Shown one piece after another: positions 26,047 to 35,257 of a stretch of DNA of 64,000 bases. Under the pieces are notes generated by a model that saw only the letters and a list, made by a program, of their open reading frames with translations, was not told the DNA's origin and did not search any database. This DNA is from an uncultured Candidatus Saccharibacteria bacterium. Its GTDB lineage: Bacteria > Patescibacteriota > Minisyncoccia > Portnoybacterales > UBA2143. Position 1 is the first letter of the stretch, and each line of letters opens with the position of its first letter. Position numbers and translations under genes: made by a program. The stretch is from assembly GCA_964556655.1 (NCBI GenBank), contig CAZKWY010000001.1, positions 7,528 through 71,527 on the forward strand. Reading direction: 5' to 3'.

Positions 26047-27558
26047 ATGACCGCAAAGAGAACAGCTAAGCTAATAATGATTATAACCGTTTTTAGCGCG
26101 GGCGTTTTTTTGGCGCCCTTAAAAAGCCAAGCGGCTGTACCAGTAGTCGTTTTTGGAGAATACCTTAATCAAATTAAAACCGTTTCCGATATCTCTGATA
26201 CCGATCCGGAAGCAGATCTTCAATCAAAAATTATCGGCGAAAGAGAATACACCGAAGGAGATCCCTATAACGCCACTGTTACTCATACACAGAAAATGCA
26301 AGGATCACCTGACGACAAAGAAATCGTCCTTGACAGCCTTTTAGATAATATCAACGAAAGGATCGTAGAGCTTGAAAGAGCTATTGCCGAAGAAGAAAAC
26401 AAAGAAGATTCTAATAAAGCGCTAATCGACACCATGGAAGAAAGCGTTGGAGAGCTGACAGCTCTACGCGCTAGAATTAACTCTTTAAAAAGCCAACTAG
26501 CAGAAAGCGTAGCCCTTGATGTTCATATTGTCAAAGATACTTCTGATACTCTTGACGACTTAAAAGCGCTGGCAAGAGAAAAGCTGGCCAGAACACAGGT
26601 TTCAGAATTAAGCCGCGCCTTTAATAACCAATACGAAGAGACCATTATTAGAAATTTCCACGACTATATGTATCAAGAGCCGGTCCAAAGCGCCTATAAC
26701 TATTTAGATAATGTCCATTTCAAAGCAGACGAAACTGTTATGAGCGAAGAGAAAAAGGAAGCTATGAGCGTTGCCGTAAAAAGAAGCCTTGTTTCTTCAT
26801 ATTCTGACCCCGCGCTTCCGGAAAAAGATCCTGAATTTGTCGGTATAGAAAACATTTTTAAAAAAGAAGAGGGCGGCGGATGGGACCAATGGCGGCTAGC
26901 CCTCAAACCTAATAATAACGATTACGGCATTTTCTTTTCTGCCAAAAAAGCAGCCCAAGAATTAGCAGAAAGCAAAAAAGAAGAACAAATCACTAAAACA
27001 CTAGCCTATCAAGGCATTAAGCCCATTACTGGCGAAAACGAAAAAGGGGAGCTTGGACCAGGCGGCAATAGCAAAGAAGAAATTCAAGTTCCAGGCAGTT
27101 TAATCGCCTCCAACAAAGCGGCCGTTACCGAAGCCCAGTTTAACTTAGCGGCTACGCCGGAATACGCCGCTCCCCAAGACGCTCTAGGCGCTCCCGGCCA
27201 AACTCCTGAACCGCCCTACAAAGACGTCACCGCCGGAACGGCCAGCCAGGAAAATATTGTCTGGTGGAATAATGTAGCAGCAGACAGCCTTAGCGCTTTA
27301 GAAGATATTTTCTGCGCCTGCTTCCCTGAATTCTGCCGCAGCTATGAAATTTTTGACTTAAGCGGCATTATTCCTGGACTTAAAGTTCCCAGCGTTAATA
27401 TTTGCGGAAGAAGTTTTGATGTTTGCCGCTATTATCCTGAAATGTGCGAGAGCCTTTTAGGCCCGCTTGAAGGCCTTTTAGACAACTTAAACGACTTAAC
27501 CGATGTTAACGTTACCATTCCAGGCCTGCCCGACATTCTGGACGATATCGGAATTTAA
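26047..27558 (+). CDS. Secreted coiled-coil protein with a cysteine-rich C-terminal module
   Basis: 503 aa with a signal peptide and long predicted coiled coils. The C-terminal ~80 aa contain 8 Cys (CACFPEFC...NICGRSFDVCRYYPEMC). Confidence 0.45.
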   Translation: MTAKRTAKLIMIITVFSAGVFLAPLKSQAAVPVVVFGEYLNQIKTVSDISDTDPEADLQSKIIGEREYTEGDPYNATVTHTQKMQGSPDDKEIVLDSLLDNINERIVELERAIAEEENKEDSNKALIDTMEESVGELTALRARINSLKSQLAESVALDVHIVKDTSDTLDDLKALAREKLARTQVSELSRAFNNQYEETIIRNFHDYMYQEPVQSAYNYLDNVHFKADETVMSEEKKEAMSVAVKRSLVSSYSDPALPEKDPEFVGIENIFKKEEGGGWDQWRLALKPNNNDYGIFFSAKKAAQELAESKKEEQITKTLAYQGIKPITGENEKGELGPGGNSKEEIQVPGSLIASNKAAVTEAQFNLAATPEYAAPQDALGAPGQTPEPPYKDVTAGTASQENIVWWNNVAADSLSALEDIFCACFPEFCRSYEIFDLSGIIPGLKVPSVNICGRSFDVCRYYPEMCESLLGPLEGLLDNLNDLTDVNVTIPGLPDILDDIGI

Positions 27559-27573
27559 TAACAAACGATCATT

Positions 27574-28392
27574 ATGTTCAGCCTTAAACAGCTTCTCGCC
27601 ATCTGTCTAGGATTATCAGCAATAATTTTTTTAAATAGTATTGATATTAACAGCCACAAACAAAACAACCTCTCGCCCCAACAAGCTTCTCTGCCCGAAC
27701 CCAGCCTTTTGCCCCTAACAGAAAACAAGGCTTCGCTGGAATATTCCTCCCAAAACACCCTCGCAGAAGAAATTAAAACTATTGCCCAAAAAATAAACTA
27801 TTACAGCAAGGAAGATAATGAAGACGACGTTTGCGAAGCGACATTCCTAATTGAAGAAGACAGTCCCGAAATAAGAAACAACATCCAAGCAGTCTTTGAC
27901 TGGGTAGGCAAGGAAAAAGAAGTTTCTAAAGCTCAGGATCAAGGCATGGAAGCGCCCCAGGAAATAGTTGAAGGGACAAAAGATGTTGTTAGGTCTAGAA
28001 TTAAAGAAGCGGAAAGAATGATTGAAGAAATAGAAGAAAAAAAAGAAGAAGCGGCTCTGTCTATTGAAGAAATGGTCCAGATCCAACACTACCAACAACA
28101 AATTGACTATATCGACGAAATGGTAAAAAAACTGAAAAGAACGATGTCTTTAATAAGCACATCTAATAAAATTCCCTTGGGCATGCAATGCGGAGACGGA
28201 ACACATCCTAAAGAAGGTATTGGCCATAGTTTTTTTGCCTTTTGCTGTTCTGACTGCTGCCTATCGTGCCTGCCTAAATGCTGTTATTGCGGATGCTGCA
28301 TCCCCAGCTGTGAAGTATTGTGCCAATGCCTCTACGGATCATCTGCCTATTTATGGGACTCTGTAACCGGCACTTGCGGATGCGGCAATTAA
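27574..28392 (+). CDS. Secreted protein with an extremely cysteine-rich C-terminal tail
   Basis: 272 aa with a signal peptide and an acidic coiled-coil region. The last ~70 aa contain about 20 Cys (QCGDGTHPKEG...CCSDCCLSCLPKCCYCGCCIPSCEVLCQC...GTCGCGN). Confidence 0.45.
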   Translation: MFSLKQLLAICLGLSAIIFLNSIDINSHKQNNLSPQQASLPEPSLLPLTENKASLEYSSQNTLAEEIKTIAQKINYYSKEDNEDDVCEATFLIEEDSPEIRNNIQAVFDWVGKEKEVSKAQDQGMEAPQEIVEGTKDVVRSRIKEAERMIEEIEEKKEEAALSIEEMVQIQHYQQQIDYIDEMVKKLKRTMSLISTSNKIPLGMQCGDGTHPKEGIGHSFFAFCCSDCCLSCLPKCCYCGCCIPSCEVLCQCLYGSSAYLWDSVTGTCGCGN

Positions 28393-28399
28393 AAACTTT

Positions 28400-30280
28400 A
28401 TGAAAGGAAAAAAGACAATAAAAAACAAGAAAAAAATTTTGGGCGTTTTCCTCGTTTTTATTTTTCTTTTTTCTTCTTTTCTTACCGCGCCCGCCGCTAA
28501 AGCTCAAACTTTTGCAGACTTCGGACCCGGAGGAGGACTGGGCAGTTATACAGTAGGAAAATACATAGGGAACAAAGCTTTGGGAGCAATAGGAGACGCC
28601 TTTCAATGGCTCCTTGAAAAAGCGCTTATGATTGTAGGAGGACTAATGGCCTTAGTAGGAGAATTGTTTGACTACGCCCTCAACATCAGCAGTTTTACTG
28701 ATTCGCCCACTATCCGGGCCGGATGGGAAATAAGCAGGGACATCGTTAATTTATCCCTTATTCTCATCCTTTTAGTAATTGCCTTTGCTACAACCTTAAA
28801 AATTGATAACTACAGCATGAAAAGCCTTCTACCCAAGCTGATTGGCGTAGCTCTTTTGGTTAATTTTAGTTTAGTGGGATGCGGTCTGGTGATTGATTTT
28901 ACTCAATTAATAGCTGGTTTTTTCATAGAAAAAGCTGGCGGATCTTTTTCGGTAGAGCTTATGAGGGGGATAGAACTGCAAAAAGCGATCCAAATGAACG
29001 AAGAAGGAGTTAGAGAAATTGCCACTAATCCAGACCCGTCAGGGAAAGTTATCGTCAGCCTTATAGGAAGCATTATTGTCATCCTTATTGCCACTCTAGC
29101 CCTTTTTCTAGGAGCGTTGCTCATGATTTTTAGAGTGGCCGCTCTATGGATTCTACTTATTTTGGTCCCCTTGGCGCTAATGGCAATGATTTTACCTGCT
29201 ACTCGCGGATCTTGGAATTCATGGGTCAATCAATTTTTAAAATGGTCGTTTTTCGCTCCTCTTTATGCTTTCTTTGTTTATCTCGCCCTTTTGACTGCCC
29301 AAAAAGGGTTGGTCACTCAATATATTACTTCAACCGGAACTGGAAGCAAAGACGGCCAGCAGGCTACCGTTGCCGGACTTAATGGTTTTTCCAACATTGA
29401 TTTGATCCTTAATTATGCTGTAGTAATAGGATTTGTAGTCGGCGGATTGATCGTAGCCCAAAAAATGGGCATAAAAGGATCTAACTTCACCATGAGAACA
29501 GCCAAAGGGTTTGGCGAAAAAGCGAAAAAAATAGGCAAAAGAACAAGCATGGCTCCCGTTAAATGGGCTGGCCGAACGGCGGCCACAAGCGGAGCCATGA
29601 AAAAACTGACTGAAAGCGCGAGTGAAAGCAGATTTGGCAAAAAAATCTCTAAGCCGCTCCAACAATTCACTGAAAAAGAGAGAAAAGCTATGGCAGAATC
29701 AGAGAAGAAGTTTGACGACTTTACCGATGAAAACGTGGTCAGAAGATTTCGCGCAGGGAACCCACGCGAAAAAGCAGCCGCGGCTAAAATACTGGCCAAA
29801 AGAAAAAAGACAAACCTCTTAAATAGAAAAGGAGAAATGGACAAAGCAATGAAATTGGCCAGAAGATACAATGTCCAAGGAGATTTGGAAAAAGCGCGTC
29901 TTGACTTAGCCGCTGACGTCGACAAAACTATTGCCGGACTTAAGCTTAATGATACAGAAAAAATCCAGTCGGAAAAAATAACCCCCGAAATTGCCAGAAA
30001 ATTCACTGCTCAGTTTGAAGCAGGAGGCAATTTTAAAAGCAAGTTCCTAGAAAAAATAGGCGAGACAAACCCAGCCCTCATAGACAAGCTAGAATCAGGC
30101 CTCAAGGAACGCTGGACCGCATTGCGTCCAGAAATTAAAAAATACTTTATGGGCCCGGGAGGACAAGCTTTATGGAATGTCGCTCCTTCAGAAAGAGAAA
30201 CCTCCGAAGGCCCAACGACTACAACTAATAGGATAACCAAACATGGAAAAATACAAAGCGAAAAAATACGTCCAGCCTGA
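28400..30280 (+). CDS. Polytopic membrane protein, VirB6/TrbL-like (type IV secretion channel component)
   Basis: 626 aa. A signal peptide is followed by at least 6 TM helices and a hydrophilic K-rich C-terminal domain. The architecture is typical of VirB6/TrbL/PrgH-like proteins, and it is adjacent to PrgI-like and VirB4 genes. Confidence 0.5.
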   Translation: MKGKKTIKNKKKILGVFLVFIFLFSSFLTAPAAKAQTFADFGPGGGLGSYTVGKYIGNKALGAIGDAFQWLLEKALMIVGGLMALVGELFDYALNISSFTDSPTIRAGWEISRDIVNLSLILILLVIAFATTLKIDNYSMKSLLPKLIGVALLVNFSLVGCGLVIDFTQLIAGFFIEKAGGSFSVELMRGIELQKAIQMNEEGVREIATNPDPSGKVIVSLIGSIIVILIATLALFLGALLMIFRVAALWILLILVPLALMAMILPATRGSWNSWVNQFLKWSFFAPLYAFFVYLALLTAQKGLVTQYITSTGTGSKDGQQATVAGLNGFSNIDLILNYAVVIGFVVGGLIVAQKMGIKGSNFTMRTAKGFGEKAKKIGKRTSMAPVKWAGRTAATSGAMKKLTESASESRFGKKISKPLQQFTEKERKAMAESEKKFDDFTDENVVRRFRAGNPREKAAAAKILAKRKKTNLLNRKGEMDKAMKLARRYNVQGDLEKARLDLAADVDKTIAGLKLNDTEKIQSEKITPEIARKFTAQFEAGGNFKSKFLEKIGETNPALIDKLESGLKERWTALRPEIKKYFMGPGGQALWNVAPSERETSEGPTTTTNRITKHGKIQSEKIRPA

Positions 30281-30752
30281 AGAAAAGCTGGAGGAGATAA
30301 AAAATCCTAGACGAAAAGAAGTTTTTCGCCGCTATTTTAATCTTCCGCCAAAATTAAGAGAAACTCTTTTAAGCACAGAAACGGCCGAAAAGATGTTTCA
30401 GGCGGCAAGAAAAAACAGCTTAAACGAAACCCAGCACTGCCAAGCATCTTGGGCGGCAGGAATGATTATCTTAGGCGAAATTAATATCGTTAATTTCGTC
30501 AAGAAGCTGGAAGAGAAAAGCGGCTTAGAGAAAGAAAGCGCCCGCCAGCTGGCAAGAGATATTAATCAACTCATTTTTTTGCCAGTTAAAGAAGAGCTCA
30601 AAAAAATTCATCATATAGAAGAATGGCCCAGAGAAAAAGAAGCTTCTCCAGCCCCAGAGAAACCTGCCATGCCCGAACCGGAACCAAAAAAACAAAAAGA
30701 AGCTCCTTCCGGCAACGGAAGAATAGTAGATTTAAAAAATAATATTTATTAA
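30243..30752 (+). CDS. Hypothetical protein in the T4SS-like cluster
   Basis: 169 aa, hydrophilic, with no recognisable motif. Its start overlaps the upstream gene by 38 nt. Confidence 0.35.
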   Translation: MEKYKAKKYVQPEEKLEEIKNPRRKEVFRRYFNLPPKLRETLLSTETAEKMFQAARKNSLNETQHCQASWAAGMIILGEINIVNFVKKLEEKSGLEKESARQLARDINQLIFLPVKEELKKIHHIEEWPREKEASPAPEKPAMPEPEPKKQKEAPSGNGRIVDLKNNIY

Positions 30753-30758
30753 TGGGTT

Positions 30759-31055
30759 ATGCAATTTAAAGTGCCACAATTTATTGAAATGGAAGATAAG
30801 ATTGTCGGCCCCTTCACCTTAAAACAGTTTCTCTATCTGGCAGGAGGAACGGGCGTTCTTTTTGTTTTATGGTTTATTCTAAGATTGGGCGCTTTTATTA
30901 TTGCCGCTATTCCTGTTGGCGCCGCCTCTTTATTGCTGGCTTTTCGCAAGGTAAACGGCCGGCCCTTTATCAGTTTTTTAGGCTCTTTTTTTAAATATCT
31001 TAGCAAGCCTAAAATATATCTTTGGCGCAGGAACAATAATAATAATTTTTCCTAA
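30759..31055 (+). CDS. PrgI-family (VirB3-like) small membrane protein
   Basis: 98 aa. The N-terminal VPQFIEMEDKIVGPFTLKQFLYLAGG, followed by two TM helices, matches the PrgI family pattern of Gram-positive T4SS. Confidence 0.55.
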   Translation: MQFKVPQFIEMEDKIVGPFTLKQFLYLAGGTGVLFVLWFILRLGAFIIAAIPVGAASLLLAFRKVNGRPFISFLGSFFKYLSKPKIYLWRRNNNNNFS

Positions 31056-31058
31056 ATT

Positions 31059-31712
31059 ATGGCCTTATCAGACAACAGCACTCCCATTCAAAAACACCTA
31101 GACATTAAAGAAATTAAAAACGATGTAATCATCCTTAAGAGCAAAGAGTTAAGGGCTGTTTTGATGGCCAACAGCTTAAATTTTTCCCTCAAATCAGCTG
31201 AAGAACAAGACGCTATTGTCTATCGCTACCAAGAATTTCTTAATTCGCTTGATTTTTCTATCCAGATTTTAACTTCCTCAAGGCAATTTGACATTACTGA
31301 ATATATTGAGTCACTGGAGAAAAGACAGGCGCGCCAAGAAAACGATTTGTTAAAAATTCAAACTGCTGAATATATTGACTTTATTAAAAGCCTTTCGGAA
31401 ATAGCTAACATCATGGCCAGTTCTTTTTATCTGGTTGTTCCTTACACGCCTAATGTTTTTAAAAAAGGAGGCTTTTTAAGCGGCCTCTTTGGCAAAAAAA
31501 AGAAATCAGAGGCAGAAAACCAGCATTTCCAGACTTTGAAAAACAGCCTCTGGCAAAGAGTAGAATTCGTGGCTACCGGCCTTAGCTCTATGGGCATCCG
31601 CACTGCTCCCTTAAAAACCGATGAATTGATTGAGCTTTTTTACAAACTTTACAATCCCGGCGCGAAAGAAGAACCTGAGCTGCCTAGAAATAAAAAACTT
31701 AAACTGGAATAA
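31059..31712 (+). CDS. Hypothetical protein in the T4SS-like cluster
   Basis: 217 aa, soluble. Its stop lies 2 nt before the VirB4 start, so translational coupling is likely. Confidence 0.35.
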   Translation: MALSDNSTPIQKHLDIKEIKNDVIILKSKELRAVLMANSLNFSLKSAEEQDAIVYRYQEFLNSLDFSIQILTSSRQFDITEYIESLEKRQARQENDLLKIQTAEYIDFIKSLSEIANIMASSFYLVVPYTPNVFKKGGFLSGLFGKKKKSEAENQHFQTLKNSLWQRVEFVATGLSSMGIRTAPLKTDELIELFYKLYNPGAKEEPELPRNKKLKLE

Positions 31713-31714
31713 TT

Positions 31715-33526
31715 ATGGCTTGGTTTAATAAAAACAAAAAAGAAGAGTCTTTCAATTTTAACGGCCAATCTTTAGATCTTACAGATTTAATCGCCCCGGC
31801 GGCTTTAAAGATTGACTCTAACTATATCCAGCTGGGAGAAAAATACGGCCGGACTATTTTTGTTTTTAGCTACCCGCAAGCCCTTACTACAGGATGGCTT
31901 TCTCCCATTATTACCCTCGACCAAGAAACTAATATTTCTCTTTTTATCCATCCTGTAGACACTAGCGACATCTTGAAAAAAATGACCAAAAGGGTAGCTG
32001 AAATTCAGTCTCAGGTCTCTTTACAAATGGAAAAAGGCAAAGTGCGAGACCCCAAACTAGAAGCGGCTTTGCGCAATGTGGAAGAATTGCGCGACCGCCT
32101 CTTGCAAGGACAGGAAAAACTTTTTAAATTCGGCCTTTATATCACCTTCTTCTCTCGGTCGGTAAAAGAGCTTGATGATATTGAAACCCGCATTAGAGCG
32201 CTTTTAGAAAACCAAATTATTTATGCTAAACCGGCTATTTTTCAACAGGAAGAAGGATTTACTTCAACTCTACCCTTAGGCAGCGACAAGCTCTACATCA
32301 ATAACAGCCTTAACACCGGCCCTCTTTCCTCGGCCTTTCCCTTTGTTTCCTCTGACTTAACTGATAACAAAGGAGTTCTTTACGGCATTAACCGACACAA
32401 TAATTCTCTGATCCTTTTTGACAGATTTAGCCTAGAAAACGCCAATATGGTTGTTTTTGCCAAATCTGGCTCGGGGAAAAGCTATTCCGTAAAACTAGAG
32501 GTGCTAAGATCGTTAATGCAGGATACCGAAGTAATTATTGTTGATCCAGAAAAAGAGTATAAATATCTTACCGAAACAGTAGACGGCTCTTTTATTGACA
32601 TCTCTCTAGCTTCACCCAACCACCTAAACCCTTTTGATCTGCCTCTTCCCGGACCCGACGAAAACCCAGCCGACCTACTCAAAGGAAATATTATTAACCT
32701 TGTCGGTCTCTTGCGCATTATGCTGGGCGGACTGACTCCAGAAGAAGACTCTATTATTGACCGCGCCCTCCATGAAACTTATGCCGCCCGCGACATCACC
32801 CCCAAATCAGATTTCAGTAAAATTAATCCTCCTTTAATGCAAGATCTCTGCACTATTTTAAGGGGCATGGAAGGCGCAGAGGGGCTGATTAATCGGCTAG
32901 AAAAATATATCAGCGGAAGCTACGCGGGGTTTTTTAACCAGCCGACTAATGTTAAACTAGATAAAAAACTAGTCACCTTCAGCATCAGAGACATGGAAGA
33001 AGAGCTAAGGCCGATGGCCACTTATGTTATCCTGCGCTATATTTGGAACATTATTCGTTCGAAAAGAAAGAAGCGCCTGATGGTAGTAGACGAGGCATGG
33101 TGGATGATGCAACACGAAGATGCTGCTTCTTTCTTATTCGGCATTGCCAAAAGATGCCGCAAATACTATCTGGGCCTAACGACTATTACTCAGGACGTTA
33201 CAGATTTTATGAAGTCAAGATACGGCAAACCGATTATCACTAACTCTTCACTCCAACTTCTCCTTAAGCAGTCGCCAGCAGCCATAGATTTGGTCCAGAA
33301 AACATTCAACCTCACCAACCAAGAAAAATATATGATCTTGGAAAGCGCGGTAGGGGAGGGCATCTTTTTCGCTGGCGGCAAACACGCAGCCATAAGGGTT
33401 GTCGCCTCCTACACCGAAGATCAGGTTATTACTTCTGACCCAGCCCAGCTCCAAGAAATTGAACGAGCCAAAAGAGAGCTAGATGAAGAAGAGGGCAATG
33501 GACCGCCTTCTGATAATATTTATTAG
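31715..33526 (+). CDS. VirB4/TrbE/CagE-family type IV secretion ATPase
   Basis: 603 aa. The N-terminal CagE_TrbE_VirB-type region (IDSNYIQLGEKYGRTIFVFSYPQALTTGWL) is followed by Walker A (FAKSGSGKSYSV) and Walker B (RLMVVDEAWWMM), then a YLGLTTITQDVTDF segment. Confidence 0.8.
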   Translation: MAWFNKNKKEESFNFNGQSLDLTDLIAPAALKIDSNYIQLGEKYGRTIFVFSYPQALTTGWLSPIITLDQETNISLFIHPVDTSDILKKMTKRVAEIQSQVSLQMEKGKVRDPKLEAALRNVEELRDRLLQGQEKLFKFGLYITFFSRSVKELDDIETRIRALLENQIIYAKPAIFQQEEGFTSTLPLGSDKLYINNSLNTGPLSSAFPFVSSDLTDNKGVLYGINRHNNSLILFDRFSLENANMVVFAKSGSGKSYSVKLEVLRSLMQDTEVIIVDPEKEYKYLTETVDGSFIDISLASPNHLNPFDLPLPGPDENPADLLKGNIINLVGLLRIMLGGLTPEEDSIIDRALHETYAARDITPKSDFSKINPPLMQDLCTILRGMEGAEGLINRLEKYISGSYAGFFNQPTNVKLDKKLVTFSIRDMEEELRPMATYVILRYIWNIIRSKRKKRLMVVDEAWWMMQHEDAASFLFGIAKRCRKYYLGLTTITQDVTDFMKSRYGKPIITNSSLQLLLKQSPAAIDLVQKTFNLTNQEKYMILESAVGEGIFFAGGKHAAIRVVASYTEDQVITSDPAQLQEIERAKRELDEEEGNGPPSDNIY

Positions 33527-33528
33527 CC

Positions 33529-33912
33529 ATGCCAGATTACAGCCAATCATTTAATCAAGAAAGAAGCCTTGAAAGAAAAAAAGCTAGAAAAATTTCAGCA
33601 AGAAAAACTGCTGGAAGTCCTCCAAGCGATCTTAGCGGGGTAGAATTTATTGTTTTTGGCAGCATTGCTTTTTTAAATGACGCTTGCGACTGGATAGGAT
33701 TAGACCTGCTTTTATTTAGAGCTCTTGATTTAGCCACCTCTTTTATTCTCGGTTCATGGTGTTGGCTCCGGCTAAAACGCTTTCCTACAACTAGGTTTGC
33801 CTCTACTTTTGCCATAGAAATTATCCCATTAGTCGGAGATGTTTCCCCTGCCTGGACAATTTTTGTCATCAGCCTTTATTTAGAGCAAAGAAAAAATCAT
33901 AACGCAAAATAA
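33529..33912 (+). CDS. Small membrane protein in the T4SS-like cluster
   Basis: 127 aa with 2-3 predicted TM helices. Confidence 0.35.
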   Translation: MPDYSQSFNQERSLERKKARKISARKTAGSPPSDLSGVEFIVFGSIAFLNDACDWIGLDLLLFRALDLATSFILGSWCWLRLKRFPTTRFASTFAIEIIPLVGDVSPAWTIFVISLYLEQRKNHNAK

Positions 33913-34650
33913 ATGAACCGCCAACTAATCAAAAATTTCGCCGCTCTTTTTCTAGTAGCAATTTTTTTTGCTTTTACAATAAGCGTTGGGGCGCAAAATG
34001 CCCCCTCTGCTAGCCCTATTGATCTGTTATGGTCAACAAACGCCTACACTCCTCCTCTGTACCAAGGCAAAGCTCTGCCTATTAGAGAAAGCACAATAGA
34101 AATCGCGGCTATTACTTATTCTACAGACCGGCCCGATAGCGAGCTTTTTTTTAGCTGGTATTTAAACAACCAACTGATGAGAGAAGAATCAGGGCGGGGC
34201 AAAAATACTTTTTCCTTTGAATGTTTCCGTCCTTCTTGCCAGGTCAGGCTCCGGCTTCAAGACGACAACAAGCTGCCTCTTGCGGACAAAGAGATATCTA
34301 TTCCTCTTGTCTCGCCAGAAGTGGTCTTAGAAAAAAGACACTTTTCGTTAGACGGGCCCCGCTTATCAGGCGCCTTTGCCCTAATTTCCGGCCAAGAAAG
34401 CTCCTTTTTTATCCAACCCTACTTTTTTAATATCAACCAGCCCGAAGAGCTGGCCTATGAATGGCGCTTGGGCGATAAAAAAGCTCAAAATACTAGCGGA
34501 GAGAACCCCCAAGAGCTCGTTTTAAGAGTTGATAATATTAAAAAAATCGTTTCTGGGAATCTGTTTTTTAGCGCTATTGACTCCCAGACCAATCAATCAG
34601 CGAAAAACAGCGCTTTGCTTTATTTAATTCCTCAAAATAATGGCCAATAA
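33913..34650 (+). CDS. Secreted hypothetical protein
   Basis: 245 aa. It has an N-terminal signal peptide and no recognisable domain. Confidence 0.35.
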   Translation: MNRQLIKNFAALFLVAIFFAFTISVGAQNAPSASPIDLLWSTNAYTPPLYQGKALPIRESTIEIAAITYSTDRPDSELFFSWYLNNQLMREESGRGKNTFSFECFRPSCQVRLRLQDDNKLPLADKEISIPLVSPEVVLEKRHFSLDGPRLSGAFALISGQESSFFIQPYFFNINQPEELAYEWRLGDKKAQNTSGENPQELVLRVDNIKKIVSGNLFFSAIDSQTNQSAKNSALLYLIPQNNGQ

Positions 34651-35251
34651 GTCATCACTGCTTGTTTTTATTATTCTTTTTTCTCTCTTTTCAGCGGCTC
34701 TTCTTTTGGCTCCGGAAAATTCTCTTGCCGAATACGAATTGATCATAGATTATCCGGAACTTCCCTTTGAAAACGCCGGAAGCCCCGAAGAAGGCCTGCT
34801 TAGTTATCTTCGTTATATTTATATGGGAAGTATTAGCATTGTAGCCGCCACTGCCTTGATCATGCTGGTTTATTCCGGCTTTGTTTATATGCTTTCGGAG
34901 TCGGTCACCTCTAAAGAAAGCGCGATAGAAAGGATCCGCTCTGCCCTTTCCGGCCTTCTTTTAGCTTTGATGGCTTTTCTTATCTTAAACACCATCAATC
35001 CAGACTTAGTAAGCTTAAGGGAGCCAAAAGCCGCCCCTATCAATATTGAGGGGTCTGGGAAAGAAACAAATTGGTGGGGAGGAAGATATAAATGTTATTA
35101 TCCAAAAGGAAACGAGGAACCTTATTCTATAACATGCAATGGGGAAAACGAAACAAGCTGTCAGTTAAACTGCGAGGAGGCTTGCAAGGAAGGTTGCGAA
35201 GTAAATTGCGCGCCAGTCAACAATTGCGAGCCATCTCCAGCGTCAGAATAA
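34640..35251 (+). CDS. VirB2/TrbC-like T4SS pilin candidate with a cysteine-rich C-terminal extension
   Basis: 203 aa. A signal peptide is followed by two hydrophobic helices separated by a short loop, which is the VirB2-like topology. A C-terminal tail carries 10 Cys (CYYPKGNEEPYSITCNGENETSCQLNCEEACKEGCEVNCAPVNNCEPS). Confidence 0.45.
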   Translation: MANKSSLLVFIILFSLFSAALLLAPENSLAEYELIIDYPELPFENAGSPEEGLLSYLRYIYMGSISIVAATALIMLVYSGFVYMLSESVTSKESAIERIRSALSGLLLALMAFLILNTINPDLVSLREPKAAPINIEGSGKETNWWGGRYKCYYPKGNEEPYSITCNGENETSCQLNCEEACKEGCEVNCAPVNNCEPSPASE

Positions 35252-35257
35252 TAATAT

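Noticed and set aside
31059-33526. VirB4 split into two ORFs (217 aa + 603 aa) by a frameshift
   Set aside because: The 603-aa ORF already contains the CagE_TrbE_VirB N-terminal region as well as both Walker motifs, so it is a complete compact VirB4. The upstream 217-aa ORF is a separate, probably translationally coupled, gene.
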